Shown here in pieces: positions 15,971 to 24,000 of a stretch of 24,000 nt of DNA. The stretch comes from Herbiconiux sp. SYSU D00978 (GTDB lineage Bacteria; Actinomycetota; Actinomycetes; Actinomycetales; Microbacteriaceae): NCBI RefSeq assembly GCF_017355965.1, contig NZ_JAFIQW010000003.1, positions 1 through 24,000 of the forward strand. The letters run 5' to 3'. Made by a program: the position numbers and the translations under genes. The notes beneath the pieces were generated by a model. The model searched no databases. It was not told the DNA's origin and was given only the letters and a program-made list of their open reading frames with translations. Each line of letters opens with the position of its first letter. Positions within the stretch are counted from its first letter, which is position 1.

Positions 15971-17673
15971 GAGGCGGCCTCGGCGGAGCGCCAGCGGTGC
16001 GACGAGTCGTTGCCCGCCGCGCGCACAGCGCCCGTGGCGACCTCGTCGAAAAAGCGTTGCGCGTCGGCGTCGTCGAGAGCGCCGATCGCGCTCGAGATCG
16101 GCCCGGCGACCGTGTGCACGTGCACGCCCGCGAGCCGGAGCGCGCGAAGGAGCGGTCCGCGGCGGATCGCCACGCTCTGCACGCGGGGCAGCGGCACGAG
16201 CACGAGCTCCCGCCAGAGCCAGCCGCGGCGCAGCGCGACGACGTCGGGCAGCAGCGCGAAGCCGTTGCGGCGGCGGCTGAACCACCGCAGCACGCGCGCG
16301 CGGCGCGGCGAGTTGGTGAACGGGTCATCCGGCTCACCGCCCTTCGCGGCGGCGGCCCGCTGCACGGTCGCGGCGTCGAAGCCGGGCAGCATGAGCTCGA
16401 GCACGCGGACGGCGTCGTCGAGCGTGCCGACCGGCAGCACGAGCGAGCGCGTCTGCTGCTGCTGGGCGTTGGTCGACGAGCGCGAGGCGCGGTTGACGCG
16501 GATCGCCCACCAGCCGAAGGGGCGCCACAGCAGTCCCTGCGAGAGCTGCACGGAGTGCACGCGACCCGGAGGCAGGGTGTCGTTGGTGGTCGAGAGCAGC
16601 CCGTAGCCGACGCGGAGCCCGTCGCGGGTGCCGGCGACGGAGTAGCGCAGGCCCGAGGTGATCCGGTTGACGAGGTAGGTACCGAGACCGAGCAGCGCCG
16701 GAAGCGCGCCGAAGACGGCGATCGGCTCGCCCGTGACGAGCGAGACGATGCCGAGGCCGGCGAGCACGGCGAGCACCGAGAGCGTGCCGCTCGACAGCAG
16801 CACGGAACCGATCAGCCGGCCGGGGGTGATGCGCACGACCGACTCGGCCGCGGCCTCGGCGGGATCGAGCTCGGGCGCGAGCAGCTCCTGCACGCGCGCC
16901 TCGACGAGACCGGGCACGCCGTTGGGCGCCGCCGGGGCCGCGGCCGCCGCGGCGCGCTGCGCTCCGGATGCCAGGGCGAGCACGTCGCGGCGCAGCGCGT
17001 CGGCCTCGTGCCCGCGCAGGTACGACAGCTGCACGTTCGCGTCGTCGCCCGCCTGCTCGATCTCGAGCTTGGCGGCGCCGAAGAGTCGCGCGAAGAAGGG
17101 CCGCTGGATGTGCACGCCCTGGATGCGGTCGAGCCGCGCGCGCCGGTTCGTGCGCATGAGCACGCCCTGCCGCACCTCGACGATCTCCGCGGTGATGCGG
17201 AAGGTGTGGAAGCGCCACGACAGCCAGAAGAAGAACACGACGACGAGCACGACGCCGAGGGTCGCGAGCAGCGCCCAGAACAGGAGGCCCTCGCCCACGA
17301 GGAACTCGACGGGGTCGCCCGAGTAGTCCTCGTCGCGGTACATCGGTAGGAAGCCCTCGATGAACCGGTCGCGCAGGTTGGTGATGAGGAAGCCGACGAT
17401 CGCGATGAGGGCGATGCCGCCGCGCAGCAGCGGGGTGGCCGGGTGCAGCCGGTGCCACTCGCCGTCGGCGAGCGAGGTCGTGAGCGGCGCGGTGGCCAGG
17501 GACTGGAGGGGCTGGGGCTGCTGTGCTTCGAAACCCGCACCCTCCGTGCGGGGGTTACCGGCTGGAAGCGGCCCCGCGAGGTCGGCTCCGCGTCCCTCGG
17601 TGAGCGGGCTGCCGAGTCCTTCGCGCTCCTCGGGGCGCTGGGTGTCCGAGCGCGGCGGTAGCGGCTCGGTCAC
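15967..17673 (-). CDS. PH domain-containing (bPH2/YdbT-like) membrane protein (568 aa)
   Basis: Repeated bPH2-like segments (RLDRIQGVHIQRPFFARLFGAAKLEIEQAG; LPPGRVHSVQLSQGLLWRPFGWWAIRVNR; LPRVQSVAIRRGPLLRALRLAGVHVHTVAGP) and TM helices. Confidence 0.87.
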   Translation of the reverse strand: MTEPLPPRSDTQRPEEREGLGSPLTEGRGADLAGPLPAGNPRTEGAGFEAQQPQPLQSLATAPLTTSLADGEWHRLHPATPLLRGGIALIAIVGFLITNLRDRFIEGFLPMYRDEDYSGDPVEFLVGEGLLFWALLATLGVVLVVVFFFWLSWRFHTFRITAEIVEVRQGVLMRTNRRARLDRIQGVHIQRPFFARLFGAAKLEIEQAGDDANVQLSYLRGHEADALRRDVLALASGAQRAAAAAAPAAPNGVPGLVEARVQELLAPELDPAEAAAESVVRITPGRLIGSVLLSSGTLSVLAVLAGLGIVSLVTGEPIAVFGALPALLGLGTYLVNRITSGLRYSVAGTRDGLRVGYGLLSTTNDTLPPGRVHSVQLSQGLLWRPFGWWAIRVNRASRSSTNAQQQQTRSLVLPVGTLDDAVRVLELMLPGFDAATVQRAAAAKGGEPDDPFTNSPRRARVLRWFSRRRNGFALLPDVVALRRGWLWRELVLVPLPRVQSVAIRRGPLLRALRLAGVHVHTVAGPISSAIGALDDADAQRFFDEVATGAVRAAGNDSSHRWRSAEAAS

Positions 17674-18161
17674 AGGCCCGTCCGGCGGCTCTCGGCCAGG
17701 GCGACGAGGCGGTCGCGCAGGTCATCCGCCTCCTCTGCCGGCAGGCCGGGAAGCAGGATGTTGCTCGACGCCGCCGCCGTCACGAACTTCAGCTCGCTGA
17801 GCCCGAAGGCGCGGGCGATCGGTCCGCGGTTGACGTCGACGAGCTGCATCCGCCCGTACGGCACGGCGACGAGGCGGGTGAACATGATGCCGCGGCGCAC
17901 GAGCAGGTCGTCGGCACGCAGGGCGTAGCGGATCGAGCGGATGCGGCGGGGCGTCAGCACGAGCACGACGAGGTGCACGAGCAGCACCGCCGCCGACGGG
18001 ATCAGCGCCCACGGCTCCTGGATGAGCCAGTAGGGCACGGTCGCTGCGGCGGTGAAGATCAGCGCCGAGACCGCCGTGCCGATGAGGTCGACCGCGATGT
18101 ACTTCGGGGAGACCCCGTGCCACTCGATCTCGGTGGGCCGGGTCACTGCCGTCTCTGTCAC
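17670..18161 (-). CDS. PH domain-containing (YdbS-like) membrane protein (163 aa)
   Basis: IRYALRADDLLVRRGIMFTRLVAVPYGRMQLVDVNRGPIARAFGLSELKFVTAAASSNILLPGLPAEEADDLRDRL. Confidence 0.88.
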   Translation of the reverse strand: MTETAVTRPTEIEWHGVSPKYIAVDLIGTAVSALIFTAAATVPYWLIQEPWALIPSAAVLLVHLVVLVLTPRRIRSIRYALRADDLLVRRGIMFTRLVAVPYGRMQLVDVNRGPIARAFGLSELKFVTAAASSNILLPGLPAEEADDLRDRLVALAESRRTGL

Positions 18162-18181
18162 GTCCGCCTCTCCAGCGTGTA

Positions 18182-18667
18182 CTACGGCTGCACCCTCACC
18201 GGGCGGCCGTCGTCATCCTCGTCCTCGTCCTCGTCGTCGGGTGGGACGCGGCACATCTGCTCGGCGAGCAGGCCGCCGGCGAGCAGCAGGATCGCGCCGA
18301 TGACGCTCGCCCCCGCCTGCCCGACAGAGCCTACCGTCGGCACCGGACGGGTGAGCAGGTAGGCGAGCACACCGCCGGCGAAGCCGGTGAGCAGCGCGCC
18401 GCTGAGCGACGACGCCTTCGCCAGCAGCACGACGCGCGTCGCGTAGAGCGGGTCGATGCGCGCCTTCGTCCTGCCGCGGGCGACCTGCCGCACGGGCAGC
18501 GCGAGGCTCACGACGATCACGGCGACCGCGGCGAGGGCGAGGGCAAGCGTGTACGGCATCGGGAAGACCGGCTGACCGGATGCCGCGAGGGCGGTCTGCA
18601 GCAGCCAGCCGAGCCCCGCGCCGAGCACGGCGAGGAGCACCAGGGTGAGGGGACGCGTCGTGGTCAC
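18182..18667 (-). CDS. DUF3180-like membrane protein (161 aa, GTG start)
   Basis: VTTTRPLTLVLLAVLGAGLGWLLQTALAASGQP with several TM segments; directly downstream of folK, as is typical of this family; acidic C-terminus. Confidence 0.82.
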   Translation of the reverse strand: MTTTRPLTLVLLAVLGAGLGWLLQTALAASGQPVFPMPYTLALALAAVAVIVVSLALPVRQVARGRTKARIDPLYATRVVLLAKASSLSGALLTGFAGGVLAYLLTRPVPTVGSVGQAGASVIGAILLLAGGLLAEQMCRVPPDDEDEDEDDDGRPVRVQP

Positions 18668-19140
18668 GGCTGGGCCTCCAGGGCGGCGAGCAGTCGGGCG
18701 ACCGGGCCGCGCCCGGGCAGTTCGGCGGTGGGGTCGATCTCGAGCCACGGCCGGAGGACGAAGTCGCGCTCGTGCGCGCGCGGGTGCGGCAGCTGCAGCC
18801 GGTCGACGTCGCGGCGCTCGTCGCCGAACACGATGATGTCGAGGTCGAGCGTGCGGTCGCCCCAGCGCTCGGCGCGCACGCGCCCGAAGTGCTGCTCGAT
18901 GTCCATGAGGCGATCCAACAGCTGCTCGGGCGTGAGCGCGACCTCCGCCGTCAGCGCGGCGTTGAGGTAGGCGGGTGCGCTCTCGTCGACGCCGTGCGGC
19001 TTGAGCGCGGCGGTCTCGTGGAAGGAGCTGATCGCGGTGAGCTCGACCCCGCCGAGTTCCGCGATGGCCCGGACCGCGTCGGCCAGGATGCGGGACCGGT
19101 CGCCGAGGTTGCTGCCGAGCGCGATGACGGCGGCGGTCAT
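18664..19140 (-). CDS. folK: 2-amino-4-hydroxy-6-hydroxymethyldihydropteridine diphosphokinase
   Basis: VIALGSNLGDR, YLNAALTAEV, ERWGDRTLDLDIIVFGD, LPHPRAHERDFVLRPWLEIDP; the ATG at 19140 overlaps the folP stop. Confidence 0.95.
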   Translation of the reverse strand: MTAAVIALGSNLGDRSRILADAVRAIAELGGVELTAISSFHETAALKPHGVDESAPAYLNAALTAEVALTPEQLLDRLMDIEQHFGRVRAERWGDRTLDLDIIVFGDERRDVDRLQLPHPRAHERDFVLRPWLEIDPTAELPGRGPVARLLAALEAQP

Positions 19141-20000
19141 CGCGTCGCCTCCGCGCCGCGGCGCCAAGCGGCGGCCACGTCGAGCGCCGCGACCGTCGAG
19201 GCGACGTCGTGCACGCGCACCGCCCACGCGCCGGATGTCGCGGAGAGCGCGCTGACGACGGCGGTGCCGAGGTCGCGCTGCTCGACGGGGGCACCGTCCG
19301 GCAGCAGCGCGCCGAGGAACCGCTTGCGGGAGGCGCCGATCAGCAGGGGGAAGCCGAGACTCTGCAGTTCCGTCATCCGGCCGAGCAACTGCCAGTTGTG
19401 GTCGGCGTCCTTGGCGAAGCCGAGTCCGGGGTCAAGCACGAGCTTCGCCGGGTCGAGGCCTGCGGCGAGCAGCGCCTCGACCCGCGCGCCGAGTTCGCGG
19501 CGCACGTCGGCGACGACGTCGTCGTAGATCGCGCGCGAGGTCATCGTGTCGCTGTGGCCGCGCCAGTGCATCGCGACGAACGGCACCTGGGCGTTGGCCG
19601 CGACGGGCACGATGCCGGGATCGGCGAGCCCGCCGGAGACATCGTTGACGATCGTGGCACCGGCCTCGAGGGCGGCGGCCGCGGTCGAGGCGCGCATGGT
19701 GTCGATGGAGACGCGGATGCCGCGCGCGGCGAGCTCGCGGATGACCGGCACGACGCGGTCGGCCTCCTCCCCGGCATCCGTGCGGGCCGCGCCGGGCCTC
19801 GTGGTCTCGCCGCCGACGTCGATCACGTCGGCACCCTGGGCGCTGAGCTCCAGCCCGCGGGCGATTGCCGCGTCCGGGTCGAGGAAGCGCCCGCCGTCGC
19901 TGAACGAGTCGGGCGTCACGTTGAGCACGCCGAAGACCAGCGGGCGCACGAGAGCAGGCGACCCCTCGGGGGTCGCCTGCTGCGTCGTATGGACGGTCAC
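19137..20000 (-). CDS. folP: Dihydropteroate synthase (287 aa, GTG start)
   Basis: LVFGVLNVTPDSFSDGGRF, GADVIDVGGETTRPGA, ATIVNDVSGG, LLIGASRKRFLG. Confidence 0.96.
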   Translation of the reverse strand: MTVHTTQQATPEGSPALVRPLVFGVLNVTPDSFSDGGRFLDPDAAIARGLELSAQGADVIDVGGETTRPGAARTDAGEEADRVVPVIRELAARGIRVSIDTMRASTAAAALEAGATIVNDVSGGLADPGIVPVAANAQVPFVAMHWRGHSDTMTSRAIYDDVVADVRRELGARVEALLAAGLDPAKLVLDPGLGFAKDADHNWQLLGRMTELQSLGFPLLIGASRKRFLGALLPDGAPVEQRDLGTAVVSALSATSGAWAVRVHDVASTVAALDVAAAWRRGAEATR

Positions 20001-20001
20001 C

Positions 20002-21996
20002 CTAGGCGGTGGCGATGCCCGGGTTGCGGCGCGGGATGCGCCGCGGACGGCTCGGCTCGGAGTCGACACCGCCGTCGACGGCCTCGCCGTCGACCGGAGC
20101 CTTGGCCGGGATCTGCACGGGCGGCAGGTCGCTGATCGGCCGGTTCCGGCTGGACAGCCACTGCGGGCGCTCGTCGAGCTTCTTGACATCCGCGAAGATC
20201 TCGGCGAGCTCGTCGTGGTCGAGCGTCTCCTTCTCCAGCAGCGCCGTCGCCAGGCGGTCGAGGATGTCGCGGTTGGCGGTGATGACCTTGTAGGCCTCGT
20301 CGTGGGCCTGCTCGATGAGCAGTCGCACCTCGGCGTCGACCTGCTCGGCGATCTGCTCGGAGTAGTCGCGCTGGTGCCCCATGTCGCGGCCGAGGAAGAC
20401 CTCGCCCTGCGACTGACCCAGCTTCACGGCGCCGACGTTCGCGCTCATGCCGTACTCGGTGACCATCTTGCGGGCCGTCGCGGTGGCCTTCTCGATGTCG
20501 TTCGAGGCGCCGGTGGTGGGGTCGTGGAACACGACCTCCTCGGCGACGCGGCCGCCCATCGCGTAGGCGAGCTGGTCGAGCAGCTCGTTGCGGGTGACCG
20601 AGTACTTGTCCTCGAGCGGAAGCACCATCGTGTAGCCGAGGGCACGGCCGCGGGGCAGGATCGTGACCTTCGTGACGGGGTCGGTGTGCCGCATCGCCGC
20701 CGCCGCGAGGGCGTGGCCGCCCTCGTGGTACGCCGTGATGAGGCGCTCCTTGTCGTTCATCACCCGCGAGCGGCGCTGCGGGCCGGCCATCACGCGGTCG
20801 ACGGCCTCGTCGAGGGCGCGGTTGTCGATGAGCTGGGCGCCGGCGCGCGCGGTGAGCAGCGCGGCCTCGTTGAGCACGTTCGCGAGGTCGGCACCGGTGA
20901 AGCCGGGCGTCTTGCGGGCGAGCACGGCGAGGTCGACGCTCTTGGCGAGCGGCTTGCCCTTGCCGTGCACCTCGAGGATGCGCTGACGGCCGGGCAGGTC
21001 GGGGGCGTCGACGCCGATCTGGCGGTCGAAGCGGCCCGGGCGCAGCAGGGCCGGGTCGAGGATGTCGGGACGGTTCGTCGCCGCGATCAGGATGACGTTC
21101 GTCTTGACGTCGAAGCCGTCCATCTCGACGAGCAGCTGGTTGAGGGTCTGCTCGCGCTCGTCGTGGCCTCCGCCGAGTCCGGCGCCGCGGTGACGACCGA
21201 CGGCGTCGATCTCGTCGACGAAGATGATCGCCGGGGAGTTCTGCTTCGCCTGCTCGAACAGGTCGCGCACGCGGCTGGCGCCGACACCGACGAACATCTC
21301 GACGAAGTCGGAGCCGGAGATCGAGTAGAACGGCACGCCCGCCTCACCCGCGACCGCGCGGGCGAGCAGCGTCTTGCCGGTGCCGGGAGGGCCGTACAGC
21401 AGCACGCCCTTGGGGATGCGGGCGCCGACCGCCTGGAAGCGCGACGGGTCCTTGAGGAAGTCCTTGATCTCCTGGAGCTCCTCGATCGCCTCATTGGCGC
21501 CGGCGACGTCGGCGAAGGTAACCTTCGGGGTCTCCTTCGAGACGAGCTTCGCCTTCGACTTGCCGAACTGCATGACGCGGTTGCCGCCGCCCTGCATGCT
21601 CGAGAGCAGGAACCAGAAGATCACGCCGATGATGAGGAACGGCAGGATGATGCCGAGCAGCGAGGTGAACCAGTTCGTCTGCGGAACCTCGTCGTCGAAG
21701 CTCTGCAGGTTGGCGGCGTCGATCGCCGCGATGACGTCTTCGCCGCGGGGCTCGACGTAGTAGAACTGCACCTGCTGGCCCTGCTCGCCCGCCTCGTTGA
21801 GCGTGAGGTCGACGCGCTGCTCGCCGTCGACCACGGTGGCCGACTCGACGGCGCCGGACTCGAGGTACTCGAGTCCCTGCTGGGTGGTGATCGTGCGGAA
21901 GCCGGAGCCCGTCAGCAGGCTCGAGCCGACCCACACGGCGATGATGGCGAGCACGATCCAGACGATCGGGCCGCGGAAGATGCGCTTGAAGTCCAT
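20002..21996 (-). CDS. ftsH: ATP-dependent zinc metalloprotease FtsH (664 aa)
   Basis: N-terminal [34 protein letters not shown], zinc motif [12 protein letters not shown]. Confidence 0.98.
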   Translation of the reverse strand: MDFKRIFRGPIVWIVLAIIAVWVGSSLLTGSGFRTITTQQGLEYLESGAVESATVVDGEQRVDLTLNEAGEQGQQVQFYYVEPRGEDVIAAIDAANLQSFDDEVPQTNWFTSLLGIILPFLIIGVIFWFLLSSMQGGGNRVMQFGKSKAKLVSKETPKVTFADVAGANEAIEELQEIKDFLKDPSRFQAVGARIPKGVLLYGPPGTGKTLLARAVAGEAGVPFYSISGSDFVEMFVGVGASRVRDLFEQAKQNSPAIIFVDEIDAVGRHRGAGLGGGHDEREQTLNQLLVEMDGFDVKTNVILIAATNRPDILDPALLRPGRFDRQIGVDAPDLPGRQRILEVHGKGKPLAKSVDLAVLARKTPGFTGADLANVLNEAALLTARAGAQLIDNRALDEAVDRVMAGPQRRSRVMNDKERLITAYHEGGHALAAAAMRHTDPVTKVTILPRGRALGYTMVLPLEDKYSVTRNELLDQLAYAMGGRVAEEVVFHDPTTGASNDIEKATATARKMVTEYGMSANVGAVKLGQSQGEVFLGRDMGHQRDYSEQIAEQVDAEVRLLIEQAHDEAYKVITANRDILDRLATALLEKETLDHDELAEIFADVKKLDERPQWLSSRNRPISDLPPVQIPAKAPVDGEAVDGGVDSEPSRPRRIPRRNPGIATA

Positions 21997-22052
21997 TAGT
22001 TCCCTCGGGGTGCGGGGACCCCGATCGCCTTCCTGACGAGAAATGTGCAGTC

Positions 22053-22058
22053 AGAGTA
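22053..22058 (-). promoter_or_regulatory. Candidate -10 element (TACTCT on the minus strand) for ftsH
   Basis: TACTCT, 27 nt from the 14-mer TGTTCGCTGGCGGC, exactly as upstream of clpC. Confidence 0.45.
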
Positions 22059-22085
22059 CCCCGCCGACACTGGGCGGCCAGTGGG

Positions 22086-22099
22086 TGTTCGCTGGCGGC
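22086..22099. promoter_or_regulatory. Second copy of the ClgR-like 14-mer upstream of ftsH
   Basis: TGTTCGCTGGCGGC, identical to 3004-3017; it differs from GTTCGC-N5-GCG at the final G (GCA here). Confidence 0.45.
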
Positions 22100-22177
22100 A
22101 GAGCGGGCGTTTACCCCGGTGACACCAAGAATGTCGGAGGCGCTGGGCCGCGCGCCAGCGGGCGTTCCGCGGCGCCG

Positions 22178-22194
22178 GCCGAGGGATTCTCGGC
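22178..22194 (-). terminator. Short hairpin just past the hpt stop
   Basis: GCCGAG-GGATT-CTCGGC, within a GGCGCC-rich extension, 2 nt from the hpt stop codon. Confidence 0.4.
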
Positions 22195-22196
22195 GC

Positions 22197-22763
22197 CTAC
22201 GCCTCGGCGTTCTCGTACACGTGCGGCGCGAGCACGCCGATGCCGGCGAGGTTGCGGTAGCGCTCGGCGTAGTCGAGGCCGTAGCCGACGACGAAGGCGT
22301 TGGGGATCTCGAAGCCCACGTACTTGCAGTCGACCTGCACCTTCGCCGCCTCGGGCTTGCGCAGGAAGGCGCAGATCTCGACCGACTCGGCACCGCGGCT
22401 CTCGAGGTTCGCGCGCAGCCACGACAGGGTGAGACCGGAGTCGATGATGTCCTCGACGATCAGCACCTTGCGGCCGGTGAGGTCGGTGTCGAGGTCTTTC
22501 AGGATGCGCACGACGCCGGAGGACTGCGTGCCCGACCCGTAGGACGACACGGCCATCCAGTCCATCGTCAGGTGCAGCTTCAGCTCGCGGGCGAGGTCGG
22601 CCATGACCATGACCGCGCCCTTCAGCACGCCGACGAGCAGCACGTCGTCGTCATCGGTGTAGTCCGCCTCGATCTGACGGGCGAGCTCGGCGATTTTCGC
22701 CTTGATCTCCTCCTCGGAGATGAGCACCTCGGTGAGATCGGCCTCGACGGCGGCCAGGTCCAT
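22197..22763 (-). CDS. hpt: Hypoxanthine phosphoribosyltransferase (188 aa)
   Basis: [62 protein letters not shown]. Confidence 0.96.
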   Translation of the reverse strand: MDLAAVEADLTEVLISEEEIKAKIAELARQIEADYTDDDDVLLVGVLKGAVMVMADLARELKLHLTMDWMAVSSYGSGTQSSGVVRILKDLDTDLTGRKVLIVEDIIDSGLTLSWLRANLESRGAESVEICAFLRKPEAAKVQVDCKYVGFEIPNAFVVGYGLDYAERYRNLAGIGVLAPHVYENAEA

Positions 22764-22775
22764 TCGTTCTCCTTT

Positions 22776-23771
22776 TTACTGCTTCGCGGCGGCGGAGAAG
22801 ACGAGGCGCCCGCCGCGCCTCTCCACCCTAACGCCGGGCAGGTGCACGGCTCCCTGCCCCTTCCAATCGGTCACGAGCCGTGCCACCTCGAGCGTCTGCA
22901 CCCTCGACAGCGACACGGCGAACTCGCTCTGCACGACGAAGCGGATGATCCGCTGCCGCACGGCCGCGGGATTCGCGGCGAGCCCCGGAACGCTCAGCGA
23001 GATGCCGGCCTCGGCGTGATCGGCGAGGTCCTCGGCGACCTCCTCGGCGAGGTGCTGCAGAGCCGCGTCGTCCTCGCGCAGTTGCTCGGCCGTGCGGGCG
23101 AGAGCCTCGGCCACGCCGGGACCGAGCGACTCCTCGAGCACCGGCACGAGGTCGTGCCGCACCCGCACACGTGCGTACGTGCGGTCGTCGTTGTGGGGGT
23201 CGCGCCAGGGCGCGAGCCCCGCGTCGGCGCAGGCCTGCTCGGTCGTCGCACGCCGGATGCCGAGCAGCGGCCGCCGGAGCAGCCCGTTCACCGCGTCCAT
23301 CCCGTGCAGGCTCGCAGCGCCGCTCCCCCGCGCGAGACCGAGCAACACGGTCTCCGCCTGGTCGTCGAGCGTGTGGCCGAGCAGGATCGCGGCGGCGCCC
23401 GTCTCCGCCGCCGCCTCGGCGAGGGCGGCGTAGCGGGCGTCGCGAGCGGCGGCCTCCGGCCCGCCCGCCGAACCGACCGAGACGCGGCGCACGAGCACAG
23501 GCTCGAGCCCGAGGTCGCGGGCCTGCTGCGCGGCGCGCTCGGCGACCTCCGCCGAGTCAGGCTGCAGGGCGTGATCGACCACGATGGCGCCGGCGCGCAG
23601 GCCGGCGCGCGGGGCTTCGAAGGCGGTCGCGCCCGCGAGCGCGAGGGAGTCGGGCCCGCCCGAGAGCGCGACGAGGAGGAGCCCGCCCTGCGGGACATCC
23701 GTCACCGCCTCGCGCACGGCCCGCCGCACGTCGGCGACGGCCGGGGTCAGGCGGGGCCGGTCTGAGGGCAT
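22776..23771 (-). CDS. tilS: tRNA(Ile)-lysidine synthetase (331 aa)
   Basis: [18 protein letters not shown]-loop, [42 protein letters not shown]. Confidence 0.94.
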   Translation of the reverse strand: MPSDRPRLTPAVADVRRAVREAVTDVPQGGLLLVALSGGPDSLALAGATAFEAPRAGLRAGAIVVDHALQPDSAEVAERAAQQARDLGLEPVLVRRVSVGSAGGPEAAARDARYAALAEAAAETGAAAILLGHTLDDQAETVLLGLARGSGAASLHGMDAVNGLLRRPLLGIRRATTEQACADAGLAPWRDPHNDDRTYARVRVRHDLVPVLEESLGPGVAEALARTAEQLREDDAALQHLAEEVAEDLADHAEAGISLSVPGLAANPAAVRQRIIRFVVQSEFAVSLSRVQTLEVARLVTDWKGQGAVHLPGVRVERRGGRLVFSAAAKQ

Positions 23772-23787
23772 CCGATAACGTTATTGG
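23772..23787. promoter_or_regulatory. Near-palindromic divergent promoter core CCGATAACGTTATTGG
   Basis: The core ATAACGTTAT is a perfect palindrome and gives TAACGT hexamers on both strands at suitable distances from tilS and ppa. Confidence 0.5.
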
Positions 23788-23819
23788 GATTTTCCACCGG
23801 ACATAAAAGGAGCAGCCGC

Positions 23820-24000
23820 ATGGGCGCCTATGACGTCGTCGTCGAGATCCCGAAGGGGAGCCGCAACAAGTACGAGGTCGACCACGAGACCGGACGCGTC
23901 TACCTCGACCGCGTTCTGTTCACGCAGTTCGTCTACCCGACCGACTACGGCTACTTCGAGAACACCCTCGGCCTCGACGGTGACCCGGTCGACGCGCTCG
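23820..24000 (+). CDS. ppa: Inorganic pyrophosphatase, 5' part (runs off the window)
   Basis: [60 protein letters not shown]; SD AAAGGAG upstream. Confidence 0.96.
   Translation, partial: MGAYDVVVEIPKGSRNKYEVDHETGRVYLDRVLFTQFVYPTDYGYFENTLGLDGDPVDAL

Noticed and set aside
18204-18245. CRISPR or tandem-repeat locus at the GTC/CTC tract
   Set aside because: It is in-frame coding sequence for an acidic tail, with no spacer structure.
19546-21999. 817-aa plus-strand ORF opposite folP and ftsH
   Set aside because: Antisense shadow of two conserved genes with repetitive low-information composition.
22119-23765. 548-aa plus-strand ORF opposite hpt and tilS
   Set aside because: Covers two bona fide minus-strand genes and has no domain signal.
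1-24000. Mobile element, toxin-antitoxin, phage or defence system
   Set aside because: No transposase, integrase, nuclease, toxin, long terminal repeats or CRISPR-like periodicity was seen; the HTH/membrane pair fits DUF2975/YozG better than a toxin-antitoxin pair.

Overview
High-GC actinobacterial chromosome segment, Microbacteriaceae-like by gene content and order (inference). It is mostly housekeeping genes; I found no convincing mobile element, defence island, CRISPR array, tRNA or rRNA. Supported genes are: clpC (-); a DUF2975-like membrane protein plus Xre/YozG-type HTH pair (+); pirin (+); a SAM methyltransferase and a small membrane protein (-); a CitE-like lyase (-); a 970-aa fusion of APH-type kinase, M23-like linker and class III aminotransferase (-); a secreted M14 carboxypeptidase (-); an untracked 36-aa membrane sORF (-); a tightly coupled minus-strand chain ftsH-folP-folK-DUF3180-PH-PH-DUF2520-panC-lysS; tilS-hpt (-); and the 5' end of ppa (+). 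Main leads: (1) the 14-mer TGTTCGCTGGCGGC lies upstream of both clpC and ftsH, at an identical 27-nt distance from a TACTCT -10-like element, and resembles a ClgR operator; (2) the three-part kinase/phospho-lyase-like fusion and the adjacent CitE-like gene share a near-identical leaderless start arrangement (GCTAATGT...start codon); (3) a palindromic TAACGTTA element could serve as a shared -10 for divergent ppa and leaderless tilS; (4) folE and folB are missing from the fol cluster; (5) an intergenic hairpin contains the 13-mer AGATCGGAAGAGC, identical to an Illumina adapter prefix. All regulatory calls are by-eye hypotheses.
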